From Octopus sinensis (taxonomy: Eukaryota): a stretch of DNA of 64,000 bases. Position numbers and translations under genes: made by a program. Position 1 is the stretch's first letter, and every line of letters begins with the position of its first letter. Below the pieces are notes generated by a model that saw nothing but the letters and a program-made list of their open reading frames with translations, had not been told where the DNA came from and searched no databases. This document shows, one piece after another, positions 12,943 to 27,026 of this stretch. Location of the stretch: NCBI RefSeq assembly GCF_006345805.1, contig NC_043006.1, positions 26,660,001 through 26,724,000 on the forward strand, written 5' to 3'.

Positions 12943-13951
12943 ACACACACACACATAAGATATGTAGCTTAAAAATAGACCTTATAAAACACATTCTGGA
13001 TGCAACACTTAACTCCAGTTTTGTTTATACTATTTTTGCAGGGTAGGGTTTGTCTTCATATCTTTAACAAATTCCTACTTCACTTATTTGAATATTATAT
13101 TATTCATTAATTTTATATTCATTGTAATTGTTGTTATTATTGGCAGTTTATCATTCTATAAATCATAATCCTGTAAGTATGTTATACATCATTATTTTTA
13201 ACTATAGACAGGGCTAAGCAAATATCCTTATAACTTCTTATAAATTTTTGTATATAGTTTGTAAGATTCTTTATGTGAATTTGTGTGTTGAAACCAGTTT
13301 TGCTGTGTCCAACGAGAATCATTTTGCCAATGTAATTAACACACATACTGGTTCAATTCATTAATAATAAAGGAGTGGAATTGAACTAGGGCATGTGTTA
13401 ATTATATTGGCATAATGACATTTCTTTTCATTATTATAATTATTAGCATCCAATCTAGGTCAACGAATATATGTATGCATGTATGGGGTGAGTGGGTGGC
13501 TGTAACTCTGTGCGAATGGATGGATGGCAAGATGCATGTACTTGTGCAAATTTCTATGTGCATATGTATTTATATACATGTTTATGTATGTATAAATGTT
13601 TCTGTGTCTCTCTGTCTGTCTATCTGTGTGTCTCTCTCTCTCTCTCCCTACCTATCTATCTGTCTATCTATTTATTTATCTATCTATCTATCTCTAAACA
13701 TTTAAAAAAATTAAGGAATTTTATATAAAATATATCTTTTTAGCTATAATTTGCTGAAGATATCAACAAATGAACAAGATATGTAATGTGTCTGTGTGTA
13801 TATGCATGTGTGTGTGTGTGTATTTATATATATGATAGGTATCTTTTGGTCTCAGGAGATCATGCATCTGCACCTGGAAAATATGCCCGTGGGTAAATAA
13901 CAACATTGATATACATTATTTGTCAACAATTTTTTGCAATTCTTTTTCCAG

Positions 13952-14086
13952 GGAAAAGACTGTGGTGATCTGTCTGAACGTAAAGCACTAAGACAAAATT
14001 TAAAATGCAAAAGCTTTAAATGGTATTTAGAGAATGTATATCCTACAAAATTCATTCCTGATGAAAACGTTTATGCTTGGGGTATG
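13952..14086 (+). CDS. GALNT: ppGalNAc-T exon (end of catalytic domain, linker)
   Basis: ttccag|[45 protein letters not shown]|gtaagt. Confidence 0.97.
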
Positions 14087-15163
14087 GTAAGTTCAAATTT
14101 ATACTTTATTGATTTATTTCAGCATTCTGATATTTCCTCCAAAAATTCTCTCTCTACCTTTTTTTACTTTCTTCCAATCACATTGCTCACCCACCTCTGT
14201 CTGCATTAAGTTTGCTTCAAGCTTTCTATGCCAAAGGCAACCTTTGACAAAGGCTTCGGTGTTTGCTGTAGGCACAGATGTGGCTGTGTAGTAAGAAGAT
14301 TGCTTCCCAATAGCATGGTTCCAGACTGACCAAAGCCTTGTGAATGGATTCGGTAGATGGAAACTAAAAGAAGCCCATCACATATATATGTATATATGTG
14401 TGTTTTACTATCTCTTTGCCTTCATATCACATGATACATGTAAACAAGTTCGCTATCATGCAAGTGGTATCCTTTATTTCCAATCTTTTGTGAAAGCATA
14501 TCTAGTCATGAAGAAATATTACCTTACTTGGAAACAGGTAAAGGTTGACTACATGAAGGGCATCTAGCTATAGAAAAAATCTACCTCAACAAAATTCAGT
14601 TCAACCCATGCAAACATGGAAAAAGTGGGTGTTAAAATGATGATAAATACACAATGGCACACATATGCAGCTAAAGCTAAAACAATAATGAGAAAAAATA
14701 ACTCCAGATAAATTCACAATGAACATAGAACTGCTTGTATTAAGAGCAACCAGTATAAAACTGCTAAGGAAATGCATACTCTCTGAGAATAAAGCAGTAC
14801 TTTTTGTATATATGTGTGAAGTATAGAAAGAAAATCTGAAAATGAGGAAACTATTTCACTGCAAAGATGGGAGAAAAGTGACATTCAATTTCATATATGT
14901 GATGAAAAATGATTTTGAAAAGAATATTGTTTGGAAAAATCCATTCAAGTAAACTAAAATAAGGTTATATATGCAGAAGTTGAAAAACAACCACAAAATA
15001 TATCTCAAAACAAAATTATTGCCTAATGTTCAAAGGAAATGCAGTAATTAATCTAGGTATGAATTCAACAGAAATCAACCTAGGTGAAGATTAACAAGCA
15101 ATACAAGGAATTAAAATTGTTATCAAAAAGAGAACGATCTAAAAACAAGAACTAATCAGTTTT

Positions 15164-15941
15164 TAGAATTGATGTTGCTTTCACAGCAATACCACCATGT
15201 AACCTGAGCTGACCAATAGACCTAACGTCTAGAGACTGTCTTTGTTTCCAGTCCCATTACTCTTCTCTAGATAGCTAATGAGATAGGTTCAATGAACCTG
15301 CAAAACTTTAAATCATACAAATACCAGAGAAACATATTTGAAAATAATTATGAGACAAAGAATTTTGAAAATAACTATAGTTGAAATTATTCTGGAAATG
15401 ATTATATAAAGAGCAATGTAAATTTGTCAATGAACTTCAAGCCACTGGTGACTGATAATCTAGATATGTCACTCTTGGCCTGGCTACCCCATACACAAGG
15501 ACAGGATATTTAATCCTTGTCACTCATATAGACTAGAATCCCATCCTTTTTAACCTAGCACCACCATATCTGGTTACTCCCACATAAGAACTGCTACTGC
15601 TAATGTGTTAATATTCCATTGAACAACCAGTGAGCTATTAACTTATGACAACACCCCACCATATGTGGTATTAAATGCAGTGAACTAATGCTATTGAATA
15701 CACTATACCACAGTTTGTAGTAATAGTGGTGACAAGTCCATGCAAACATTCTGCCCAAGCATATAGTCTTAAGAATAAATAATAGAATTGGTGTTGCTTT
15801 CACAGCAGTACCACCATGTGACCTGAGCTGACCAATAGACCTAATGTCTTGGAGACTGTCTTTGTTTCCAACCCCATTACTCTTCTCTAGATATCTAATG
15901 AGATAGGCTCAGTGAACCTAAAAAACTTTGAATCATACAAA
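15164..15941. repeat. ~158-bp direct repeats flanking a ~460-bp spacer
   Basis: 15164-15321 vs 15783-15941, about 88% identical by eye. Confidence 0.8.
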
Positions 15942-16029
15942 GCTGAGTCAAACTTTTATTAAATAATATATGTGTGTATGTATTTATATATTTGAAAACA
16001 CTACATTTTTAGACATGGGTACTACTATA

Positions 16030-16703
16030 CGAGGTGCATTCAAAAAGTGTCTGACTTTATTTTTTACCTGTCAAAACTAATGCTGTGTGGTCATGATTGA
16101 CACAATCCAGCATGTCCTGAGCTTCTGCTGTTCTGCCAGTACTTGGGAACAAATTTGCCAACATTCTCTGGATGCGCAAATCATCCATTAATATAAAATG
16201 CACTGATCCTATGCTTATTCCTACTTCATGAACAATTTCCTGGAGTGTTACATGATGGTCTTCCATGACTATTTACCAAACCATCTCAACTGGCTTTTCA
16301 CTTTGGTTTGTGGATGACCTTCCTGAGTGTGCCTCACTCTCCACTGAGAGCCATGTTTGAAGCAGTTGTACCACTTCTTGATACAAATTTTCTCCTGGTG
16401 TCATACTCATGGTATCATCACTTGCTGAATCTTCTGGATGGTTTGAGCTTGAGTATCACTAAGCTTTTGGCAAAACTTGATGCAATATCTCTGCTCGATG
16501 CACTTGATGAAAATGAGAATGACCATCCACTACATAGTTGTACTCTAAATGTAACAGCTGGGAACTGATGTAACCTACTGGCATGAAAATTTTCATGCAT
16601 GTGCAGGAAGGGTGACATCACATCTTGCCCAAAGGATTTTGCCCATGTGGCATTAATTTTGGTGGGGAAAAAATAAAGTCAGATACTTTTTAAATGCGCC
16701 TCA
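16030..16703 (-). mobile_element. Internally deleted mariner (irritans-like)
   Basis: TA|cgaggtgcattcaaaaagtgtctgactttat ... ataaagtcagatactttttaaatgcgcctca; HTH remnant EDHHVTLQEIVHEVGISIGSVH. Confidence 0.85.
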
Positions 16704-16853
16704 TTCCTTGTTAGTCAACTTATTTTTCAGCCTATTGTATAGATTATATTTGTCTTCTAAAATGCATTATTATTGTTGCCTTAGTTATCTTTTATTCTAT
16801 CAATCTTAAAGAATTTTGGGAAAAACTGACCCACTTTTTTATTATTATTTTAG

Positions 16854-16961
16854 GTTCGTAACCCAGCTTCCAACTTATGCCTTGACACACTTGGTCAAAA
16901 TGAAAACGTTGATATCAATGTAGCTGTTTTCGCATGTCAGAATGGTATCAGTATGAGTCAG
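16854..16961 (+). CDS. GALNT: ppGalNAc-T exon, ricin-B lectin alpha repeat
   Basis: ttttag|VRNPASNLCLDTLGQNENVDINVAVFACQNGISMSQ|gtgaag; CLD motif. Confidence 0.93.
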
Positions 16962-17959
16962 GTGAAGTTTTTATATTTTTAATTTTTTCTTTTACTTGGA
17001 TCATAATCAGTTTGAAGAGTGATAGATTCTTTCCAATTAAGTTGAACCCAATACATTAATAATATTTTTTTAATCAATAAATTTTATTCAAATTTAAATA
17101 CAAAGAAACAAAATAATTAATATACTATACTAAGTATAAGAAATGTAGACCTTGATACACTGTGTCTGAATAAAAGACTGGATAGTGCATTAAGACAGAC
17201 CTTGGGCTAAAATACAATAACAAAAAATACTAAACAAGAAAAACAAGAGATAAGTAAGGAAAAGAAAGAAAGGAAAAAAGAGGGGTGGTAAAGCAGCAGA
17301 AAATGGAGAGGGAGGGGCTGATGGGCCATATATCCCAGCACAAGTGGTGTGCTCAACTGTGCCATGCAGTAATGACTGTGATGGCATCGCCATGGAGTAT
17401 GGCCAGTGACACTCAATGCAGCAGCCACTCCACTTTGCAGACCTCCGCCAAGCAGCTCATTTCCACCCATATACACACATGCTGAAAATCACCCAATTTC
17501 CCAAACCAACGCTGGCAAAAACATACTAATCTCAACCATCATTATCATCAACACTGTCTCTACTTTCACCACAATTACCATCAAAACTATGATCACCACA
17601 ATCACTGTCAAAACTACGATCACCACAATCAGTTTCTTTACACAATTGAAAATCCATTATCCGATACTCATGGGACTGAGATTGTTTCAGATTTTTGATT
17701 TTTTTAATTTCAGAGTGCTTTATTTAAAAAAAAAATTGCATCTACAAAACAGAACAGTTTGAGGATAGAAACCAGATCTAAACACAATAGCTTATAGACA
17801 TACTCTGAATGTAGTTCTATATAAATCTTAAATAATTTTTTTATACTTAAGACCATTAGAAATGTTAAGATATCAGCCTCTACCCATGTTGTCATGCTCT
17901 GATTAAAAGGTTACAGCATAGATTAGATTACTTAGATAAGTTTCAGCCAAAGTTGATTC

Positions 17960-18400
17960 AGGTCGTATCTAATTTCACAGCAGCACCTGAAAGAGATATG
18001 CAGTCAGCTCTAGGGAACTGTAGCCCATTCAAGCAGAGGGTTATTGTTTTCAGAGACATATGTGGGTGGTTTATCTGGTATTTGTTGGGGGTAATCATCT
18101 AGGGATCGTTTGAATGCCGTGATGTCACTTTCCTCCTTTATGTGTGTCTGGCACAATGTTGAAGAGAGCAGGGCCAATTGAGTGAAATAGTTCTGTCATA
18201 GTGTTGTGATACGACACGAACATTTCTGTAGTGGACGGATGCCACGGGGGCCAAGCCTCGGACGAATTTTAAAGATGGGCAATGTTGATGGAATATTTTT
18301 CACATCATACAGATATAGAGCTCACAGCGGCGATGGAAGGAGCAAAGCCTGAGCTTTTTGAGTTGATCCCAATAGTCAAGGCTTGTCATGTCATCCTCCA
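17960..18400 (-). mobile_element. CR1/L2-like LINE 3-prime fragment
   Basis: Degenerate R.GPRGIRP..GPALFN..FKRSLD..IPDKP. Confidence 0.65.
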
Positions 18401-20253
18401 CAGACCTCTGCCAAGCAGTTCATTTTAAGGTAGACATGTGAGTAAAATTACTAATAGAGAAACGAAAATAAACTTTAGAATCAGCAATGCCACCATAAGT
18501 TAAGTGCAAATGATGAATGTGTTTTCAAGGGAAATAATCAAAGAATGTAATGTAATACTTTATGTAAAGTAAATATAACAAATGAAAAATCCTTCAAGAA
18601 TCCATAAAAATTCACGGATCACCCCCAAAATGTCATCATCTGTTCCTTGTGTCATTACCAACTTTTCCTGCAAGTTTCATCAAATACCATTCACAGCTTT
18701 TTGAGTTATTTTGCACACAGACGGACAAACCAACACAGATGAAAACATAACCTCCTTCCTTGGCAGAGGTAATAATACCTTAATGTGTGTTTTCTCCCAA
18801 GGAGGTGAAATAGAGAAATCCCAACTAGAAACCAAAATCAAATATAAGGGGTAATTTATTAAAGATATACCTTGTCTTTCACTATTAATAATTTTTTGTG
18901 ACACAACACAAAAACAACAAATACATTGTTTCAAACCCTATAGGTACTGGTTTCATGTTTTACTTCTTCAATAAGTGTCATCAGTGTTTTGTGGAACAGT
19001 TGATTAGCTAAACTTGATAAATAGTTCAATATGCAGTTTGTAAATTATCAACTACCTCTGTGTGAAAAGTCTGGCTGCATACACGTTAGCATATGTCAGG
19101 TGCATACAATTGACAACATAGTTAATTAAGATTTATTCAGTGAGTTCTATTCAACACATGTTTACACGTGGAATTAGCAGAATCATTATTATTAACTTTA
19201 GATGGCTCGCAGGCGAGGTGAACAAATTAGTGAGAGAGATAGACTGGCAATACTTGCAGTCTTGGGAAGAGCTATCTGAGCGGAAAATTCATGGATGTAT
19301 TCGTGGATGTAAAAAGGCACGTAAAAAGCACCCACTACACTCACGGAGTGGTTGGCGTTAGGAAGGGCATCCAGCTGTAGAAACACTGCCAGATCAGACT
19401 GGAGCCTGGTGCAGCCTTCTGGCTTCCCAGATCTCCGGTCAAACCATCCAACCCATGCTAGCATGGAGAACGGACATTAAATGATGATGATGATGGCGAT
19501 GATGTATTCAATATCAAACTCATGTTCGGCGTCAAATAGTTGACTGTCGTGGTGGTAACAGATTCGTGTAATAAATTTTGTGTTTATTTTTGTTTCATAA
19601 TATATATTTTTTCGGATACAGCCAGAGGAAAATCTCTTTGTATTTGCTGCAGTTTTATAGAGATGGAAAAATGATCAATGATAATAAAAATGACAATGAC
19701 AGTAAAATACAAGAACACTTGTATAGTTCATAAGACTAAACAATAGGTTATTGATGAAAAATATATTTAGAAACAAATGTGTTGAAAAGGGGTTTTATCT
19801 TTAAGTTCAGATGAAAAGCTAAGCAACAGCTTTACTTAACATAAATAAAAGTAAAAAGTAATTTCCAAATGTCTTATATTAAGTGGATGAGCAGCATCGA
19901 ATATTTTGGATACATGGCATTGTGTTTGAAAGTAGGAAAATATATCTGTAATTTAATTCAAATCATCATTAAACACTAGCAAACAAGGAGAATAGGACTA
20001 TAACATAAATTGAGAAAACAAAAAAAAAACAGAAAAACAGATATAGATATATTAGATCTTTAATTACCTCATATATGAACACATGTGAAGTAAATAAAGA
20101 AATTGAAGTGGGGAGACAAGAATTTATAGTTAGTTGCCACTATTCATTTAAAAGGGTATCAATAGAGGACTAAAAGTTTTGTGAATCTGTCCAAATTAGC
20201 ATGTGTAAAATAGGTTCAAATTGAGAATGAAATTCTAAAATATATGCCAATTT

Positions 20254-20289
<36 letters not shown>

Positions 20290-21211
20290 ATTTACTTTTA
20301 TATACCTCTTACAGGGGGTGGGGAATTCATTACAACTGTCATCATTACCTTTATTTGTCATGTCCATCTCTATTAGCACCATTATCATCACAACCACCTC
20401 CATATATCTTGCTACATTTATAATGGTTTGTATTTTCACCACCAATACACTGTCATCCTCACCACTGTGACCACAGTTATCACGGTCTTCCTCCTGAATA
20501 AGCTTAATGAATTAGATGTATCATCCATCACTTAAATTGGGTTTAGACAGAGGCTAACAGGCAATCTGACAGACAGCTCAGTAGGCATGTTTTAACTCTC
20601 TGTGCCTGGAGGAATGGGTAGTACTCATAGCCTTTGTAGACCTTCATAGACCAGTGAAAGTCATTCCATTAATATTCCTCATGATCAAAAAATGAATTCT
20701 AGAGGATCAACATTCTGGGAAGGAAGGACTGGGCATTGAGATTAGTGCAGGAGATGGGGGAGAGGCACAACAGATTTTGTGAAGAGGAGTGATGAGTGGG
20801 TCAGAGAAGGAGTCATTACATTAACAGTGGAAAAGGCAGAGACAGAAAACAAGTGAATCAATGGAACAGAGACAGGCATGTGTCTTGTGAATGACTTTAT
20901 GCCAATCAGTTGGGTGGCCTTTTCTGGTTGCAGTCTTGGATATCTATAGGGATTGATGGTTCAATCTGATAAGCAGGACAGTGTCCTTTCATAAGTCTTT
21001 GATGTGGTAGATATAGATGGATAAAGAGACAAACAGATGAATTGACAGACAGACAGAAAAATAAATTGTTCAGTGGATCAATAGGTATTTTGTGATATGG
21101 AGGAAGTTATGCAGGCTGATAGATAGGTTGACTGACTAATGAATAGTTAGTTTGATACATAGATAACAGATTGATTGCTAGGTAGTTACATAGATAGGTA
21201 GGTAGATAGAA

Positions 21212-21446
21212 AGGCGGCGAGCTGGCAGAAACGTTAGCACGCCGGGCGAAATGCGTGGCCGTATTTCATCTGCCGTTAAGTTCCAAGTTCAAATTCTGCC
21301 GAGGTCGACTTTGCCTTTCATCCTTTCGGGGTCGATAAATTAAGTACCAGTTATGCACTGGGGTCGATATAATCGACTTAATCCATCTGTCTGTCTTTGT
21401 TTGCCCCCTCTGTGTTTAGCCTCTTGTGGGTAATAAAGAAATAGGT
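21212..21446 (+). mobile_element. SINE family B, full length, in a (GATA)n tract
   Basis: ggcggcgagctggcagaaacgttagc... with gttcaaattc B-box-like motif and gtcgactttgcctttcatcctttcggggtcgat core; more copies at 33175-33369(-), 50634-50866(-) and 54000-54720. Confidence 0.85.
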
Positions 21447-22321
21447 AGATAGATAGATAGATAGACAAGCAGATTGCTAATCAGACAGATAGTCGGATTA
21501 ATAGTCATAGATAAATGTTTAGACTACTATATAATTGATTGATAGATGGAGACAGGTAAATAGATTGATTGATGGATAGTTAGATAGATTGTTAGAGATA
21601 TCTGGCAGTAGCAAGCACTGCATATATAGATATGTCTATATGCTTACTTGTAGATATGTGCACATGTGTATAATGTAGGTATGCCTCACCACTATCACTA
21701 CCACTACAATTCTTAAAAAACCACCACTACCATCATCACCATCATTCTTGCCACCAACTTCCATCATCACCCTCACCTTTAGCACACTATTACCACCACC
21801 ACAGCCATTGCCACTTCACCTCCTCCCTTACTCCTGCAGACCTGTCTTTCTATTCATCCCTCTCCATATAAGGAACTATGTTTTTCTTTTACTAACTAGT
21901 TTCACAGCCGTTGGTGTGCAGAGCACTCCTCATGACTGTAGGTTTGTGAGATGGTTGTGATCTGTAAACAGTTTTGAATAGGAACAAGAAAGAAAAGTAT
22001 GAACATACAACACACATGTGCACACTGAATTCATAAAATGGAAGAGAAGAATAAAAACTCGATATCAAACAAGTTGTATGATGGTCTGCATTCCATGTCT
22101 GACACCACTGTCATGCAGCTTTACTACAATTTTCTTGTTTTTGAAGTGACTTTGAACAAAACGAAACATATTATATTTTGTTAAACTCATTTTTATATTT
22201 AACTCATTTCAGCTGAACATGTTATTTGTTGTATATAACATGTATGGGTGGGCCGATTGCTGCAAACATTGGTTATAAATTGGTTTTCATTTCATATTTC
22301 TTCTTAATATTCTTTTTGTAG

Positions 22322-22453
22322 ATTTTCTCTTTAAGTTTAAAAAATGAACTTCGGAGGGAGACTGGGTGTCTTCAAATTTTCCAGACTGGAGATAAGCCTA
22401 CCCTGCACACGTGTGATGGTGAGAAAAAAGCTCAAGAATGGAAATACTTTAAG
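22322..22453 (+). CDS. GALNT: ppGalNAc-T exon, lectin beta repeat
   Basis: ttgtag|IFSLSLKNELRRETGCLQIFQTGDKPTLHTCDGEKKAQEWKYFK|gtatat; QxW motif; phase 0. Confidence 0.92.
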
Positions 22454-22554
22454 GTATATTTAATAATATATTTCTAAGAAATATGATGAAATGTGATGTA
22501 TTGTCTTTTAGTTTATGAAGTAAAACAAATATTTTTTCTTTTTGAATTTTACAG

Positions 22555-22686
22555 AATAATGGAACATTGGTTCATGTAATGACTGGAGCATGTCTTCACA
22601 GTACAAAAGCTGGGGAATCTGTTTCTACACAAAAGTGCTCTAAATCAGATAGCCAAAAGTGGAATTTTGAACATTATCTCACTTGA
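22555..22686 (+). CDS. GALNT: ppGalNAc-T terminal coding exon, lectin gamma repeat
   Basis: ttacag|NNGTLVHVMTGACLHSTKAGESVSTQKCSKSDSQKWNFEHYLT-TGA, after a 101-nt intron. Confidence 0.92.
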   Translation, partial: NNGTLVHVMTGACLHSTKAGESVSTQKCSKSDSQKWNFEHYLT

Positions 22687-23128
22687 AGTGAGAAACAAAA
22701 TTATTACACATTTATTATTTAAAGAGAGAAAAAAAGAACCTAAGCTAGCACAGGATTTTTTTTTTTTATGGGTTATTCAAAGGAGGAAATGTGTAAGTTA
22801 TTTTCTTGGTGGAGATCAAATTGAATGTTATATTCCTAACATTCTATGAAGATTATTATTAATACACTAATATTAATTAAATCTTAAAAACATGGTTTGA
22901 AGCAATTTGGGGGTTAAGAACACTTGTTAAGTATTGTTTGATAATACTTGGGTTTTTTTTTTTCTCATTCATTCTTTACATCTTTAATGATAATAATAAG
23001 AGCAACAACAACAATAATTATAATGGAACATGTATTGTTTAAATCATTATTATGGTGAACCTACAGTAAATTATAATCACTCTCAGTCATACATGCACAT
23101 TTCATTTTTGTTTTGAACTGATTTCACA

Positions 23129-23134
23129 AATAAA
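23129..23134 (+). terminator. Candidate polyadenylation signal of GALNT
   Basis: AATAAA ~440 nt after the stop, with T-rich downstream sequence; the hexamer is common in AT-rich DNA. Confidence 0.25.
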
Positions 23135-23489
23135 ACATTTCCATCCTTTTTCATTAAATTAGTGCCTTAATAGTAATGATATATATCTAATTTTTCAGTA
23201 TACACACATTTTGTGATGGTGACTTCTCAACAGTCAAGTTTTAGTTTGATTTTGATTTCTTTGTAATCAATCCAAGATTGCCTCAGAATTACCATCTTAC
23301 TCCTTTGCTTTTTCAAAATATATTTTGATTTAAATCATCTTATTTCTGGGTATCAGAACTAAAAGTAATTGGGGTTTTCTTTCTTTTCTAATTGATAGCA
23401 TTGCCATTGATGATGTAAATAATAGTTTTGTGGTTGAGTTTAAGACCAAAGACTTACAAGTAGATTTAGTAGATGAAAACTGAAAGAAG

Positions 23490-23790
23490 CCCATAGTGTG
23501 CATGTACAACAAAGTGCAAATGTATTGAAAGAAAAGTTAGGCATAAGAGGAATTAGATGTAGCATGCAAGAAAGAAGACTGCACGGGTTTGGTCAGATGA
23601 TGTATGTGAATGAAGACGGTTGCATAAAGAAGTGTCAATGGCTTAAAGTGGATGGAATTCATGGAAGCGGTGGACCCAAGAAGAAATGAAATGAAGTTTT
23701 GAAAGCTGATCTCAAGTTGTTGAGCCTTACAGGAGAGGTGACAAGGGACTGATATGATTGTCATTTTGCTGTGCTCAAGAAGACCTGTCC
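23490..23790 (+). mobile_element. RTE 3-prime fragment
   Basis: LKEKLGIRGIRCSMQERRLHGFG..EDGCIKKC. Confidence 0.75.
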
Positions 23791-26413
23791 ATTACAGCAA
23801 AAATGATAACCTAAAATCACTTAGTTATGCTTGTTCTACTTTGGTACTAATTGGCTATTGTACTCACCTGAGAGCAGAAGCAGCACACATTACATCCCAT
23901 CCCCTCCCTAAGAGTCTCCTACATTCCTCATCATTCCTGAGCCCACCATTTCGACCAATCACCCCCTACTTTCTGTGCCTTCAGCCACTGTTCTCTCTTC
24001 CCTCTAAACACCTCTTATCTGCTGTCATTCTCAATGCCTTCACATATTTACCATCATGACCTACTCACCCACTATATTGCTCCCACACCTAGTACATTTT
24101 TTTGTTCTGTTCTCCTTGAGCCACTCCTATATCTCCTACCTTATCCCACTCCATACTGGTTTCCCATCATACTGAAGCAGTTAGTATCCAAGGAATCAAG
24201 TGTGTAGACTTTGTTACTTTCTTCATGATTTTTTTTCTATTTTAGGGTCAAGGCCTTCCATCTGAAAGACACAAATTTCACACCTTTTCAGTTTTTCTTT
24301 CTCCAGAAGTTTATGTATTACCGATTTTGGTGCACAGTACCTTCCACCTCAATATAATTCTGGACGAGTATATCAGCTAGTTGAGGACTAGTATAAGAGT
24401 GATTAATACTTAGGCAGTAGCTTTGTTGTAGCAAAGGTTTCATGAATGTTATAACTACCTATACGAGCATTGGGAGGTCACTAAATTCCTCATTAAGCTT
24501 TGTTCGTATTCTTGTGTACAATGACTACTCAAGCATACTCTGATTCAGATTCATGCAACATAAAATATTTCATCCTAGATGTACTGCTTCAGAGGAATGG
24601 ACTGAATACACACAAGACTACTCTTATACAATATAAGGCTTTTGTTAATGCTATCTCTTTTTGGAATGTATGAACTCTGAAAAAAGGACAGAAGACATCA
24701 TGTATCTTATTTTAGTTTAGGATGAAGGTGAATTTCATGATCATAAGTTTTATTGTCAGAAAAATGAAGATGTTGCCTCTATTTTTTGATTCTGAAATTG
24801 TGACACCATTTTTCTAAAAAAAAAAATGGTTACTAAAGCATAGGATTCTTTGACCAGTAAAACATTTTTAGTGTAAGTTACATATATATGTATGACTCTG
24901 ATAAAGATAGCATTAGTTCTTTAAGGTCGTTCAATTTTTCTCAACCAATCAGTGGACTGATTGAATAAACTGGTCAATGAACAAACCTATAATAACTGTC
25001 AGAAACAGCTGTAAGTCGAATTTACTACAATATTATCTATACTTTGCTTTATATATATAAATCAAAGGCAATAAACAACAAACAGAAACCGCCAAAGCAC
25101 AAGAAGCAGGAAAAGGACAATAACACAACAACAAACAGGACAAAATAAGATACACAGACCATCCACAGCCAACAGCCCCCTCAGTCGGAGTCCCAAATGC
25201 CCATGTAGCCCTGCCCAACCATCTCCGACACCACTCAAAACCAGCTGGGCCAAGGGCCTAAGCTGAAAGTACCAAGCCCCAGAGTAAGGCAAACGAATGT
25301 ACATATACAAACACGAGGAAATAACAAACAGAAAGGGTCCCTCGACCACTGGACGAACGTAGCATAAGAAACAGATGGACGGACGGAGTTCAGCAGGTGG
25401 AACAAGTATTCAATTATAGGCTGAATTTTGACCAATAAATATGTTTCCTTGCAAAGTTTGTGAAATACCTGTAAGAATTGAAACAAAAATCGTTGCAGTG
25501 ACATTGCAATCAATTCTTTATATATCCGTGCGACTCTATCTCTAGCCTTCCCTCTTTCTCCTTCCCCCCCCCCTCTCTCTCTCTCCTCTATTTTTAGATT
25601 TTCTCCTTCTTCCCTTTCATTGTTTTCTCTCTCTCTTGCCCTCTTTCTCCTCTGCTTACTGTTGGCATGTGACTTGTAGCCAGCCTTTCTTTCTTTCTCT
25701 CCTATTTTCATACTGGTTGCATAGTTGACTTGTCTTACATTTCTGTGAACTGAAACCTTAGACTCCTCTTCCTCCGTGGCAAAGATGCCTTCACACTTCG
25801 TATACTCCTCGTTTTTCATTGCATGGGTTCAATATCAGAAAGTAGAAAAACAAAATCAAGAACAATAACTCCAGTGAGCAAGCTGTATATTCATTCAGGC
25901 GTGCTCTCCCTTCGAGCACTGACTAGAAACTGTCGAAAATGGCTACCAAACGTTAAAGTTCACTAGTCAACGTGTGTGTATTGGGGTGATCCAGCAAGCT
26001 TTGGAAACCACATGATCTCACGTTAGGGCCCATTTCATAACATGTATATTTTCAGGAGTTTTCTCGTGCTTTTGCAAAAAAAATAACATTATCAAAATTC
26101 GAAATATCTTGGAATAATCCAGGAAAGGGTTGATGAAATGTTGCAGACACATTTACAGCAATGTAGATTATGATTATGTTGATAAAAATTTTAAAAACTG
26201 ATGAGGCTTTTATATCATTGTCTTCACCCCATTTTTGTTTCCTGGTAAGTGCGGTTTCAAACGGCATAAAATTCACGCGCTCACACACACATGCAATGGA
26301 CTTCCAGACTATTTCTAACTAGCAAATTTGATTCAAAATATTGATCAGTCCAAGGCTATTGTAGAAGACTTTCGCCCAAAGTGCTATGCAGTTGGTCCGA
26401 ACCCGGAACATTT

Positions 26414-27026
26414 AGTTACGATGTCGTGGATTCGATCCTCGATCGCCAAGTTTCACTTAACAGGTCTATTCTGGTTTTGGATAGTTATGAAAACAAGAAC
26501 TCCGTAAGCTAAAGTCATCTCCTCTGGGTAAGAGCCTGAGTGCTTGAATTAGGAATTAGTTGGTGAGAACCGAGTCTGGCTGACCGGCTGAACAAAACGC
26601 TATCTCTAAAGGAAAAGGCACAAAGGGACAACTATGGTAACTCACCAACTAAGCAGCTGTTTCGTCCTACCACTCTCACTCTCACTAACTTTCTTTTCTC
26701 TGTAACATTACCATATCTCTCTATATATATACTACTATGAGATACCAGCCGAAATTAACTTTTTTTTCATCCCGCATGCTTTTCCATTTATTAGTTATAT
26801 ATACCAACCCGTCGTAGTTTTGGATATATACAAAGTACCAGTAAATAAATATCTCTTTACAACTTCAATCACTGTTCTTCTATCTTGTACACTGGCAACC
26901 AATACCTTAACAATACTAACCGTTACAAATTGGTGACCTCAAGTTAAAGAATTGCAGCCTTCACCATCGCATGAACAGTTCTCACAATTGGTGACCCTTG
27001 ATTGCAACGAATTACTAACCGTTACA
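26414..27026 (+). mobile_element. LTR-like remnant with tRNA-Trp-like primer-binding site
   Basis: TATA-like tract, AATAAA 26844-26849, end ...CCGTTACA at 26927, then aat-TGGTGACC at 26931; motif repeated at 26989 and 27013-27026. Confidence 0.45.

Noticed and set aside
13255-13345. Sequence similar to the 2.7-kb pseudo-LTR fragment with gaaacc
   Set aside because: Core too decayed to call a ribozyme.
24307-24391. Strong acceptor followed by a short open frame (SLCITDFGAQY...)
   Set aside because: The open frame needs phase 2, whereas the last GALNT intron is phase 0; no recognisable domain.
25235-25819. 194-aa minus-strand ORF, and a Cys-spaced PHD-like reading on + (25440-25530)
   Set aside because: The N-terminal half is a CT-repeat artefact. 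The PHD reading needs several frameshifts. At most an old LINE remnant.
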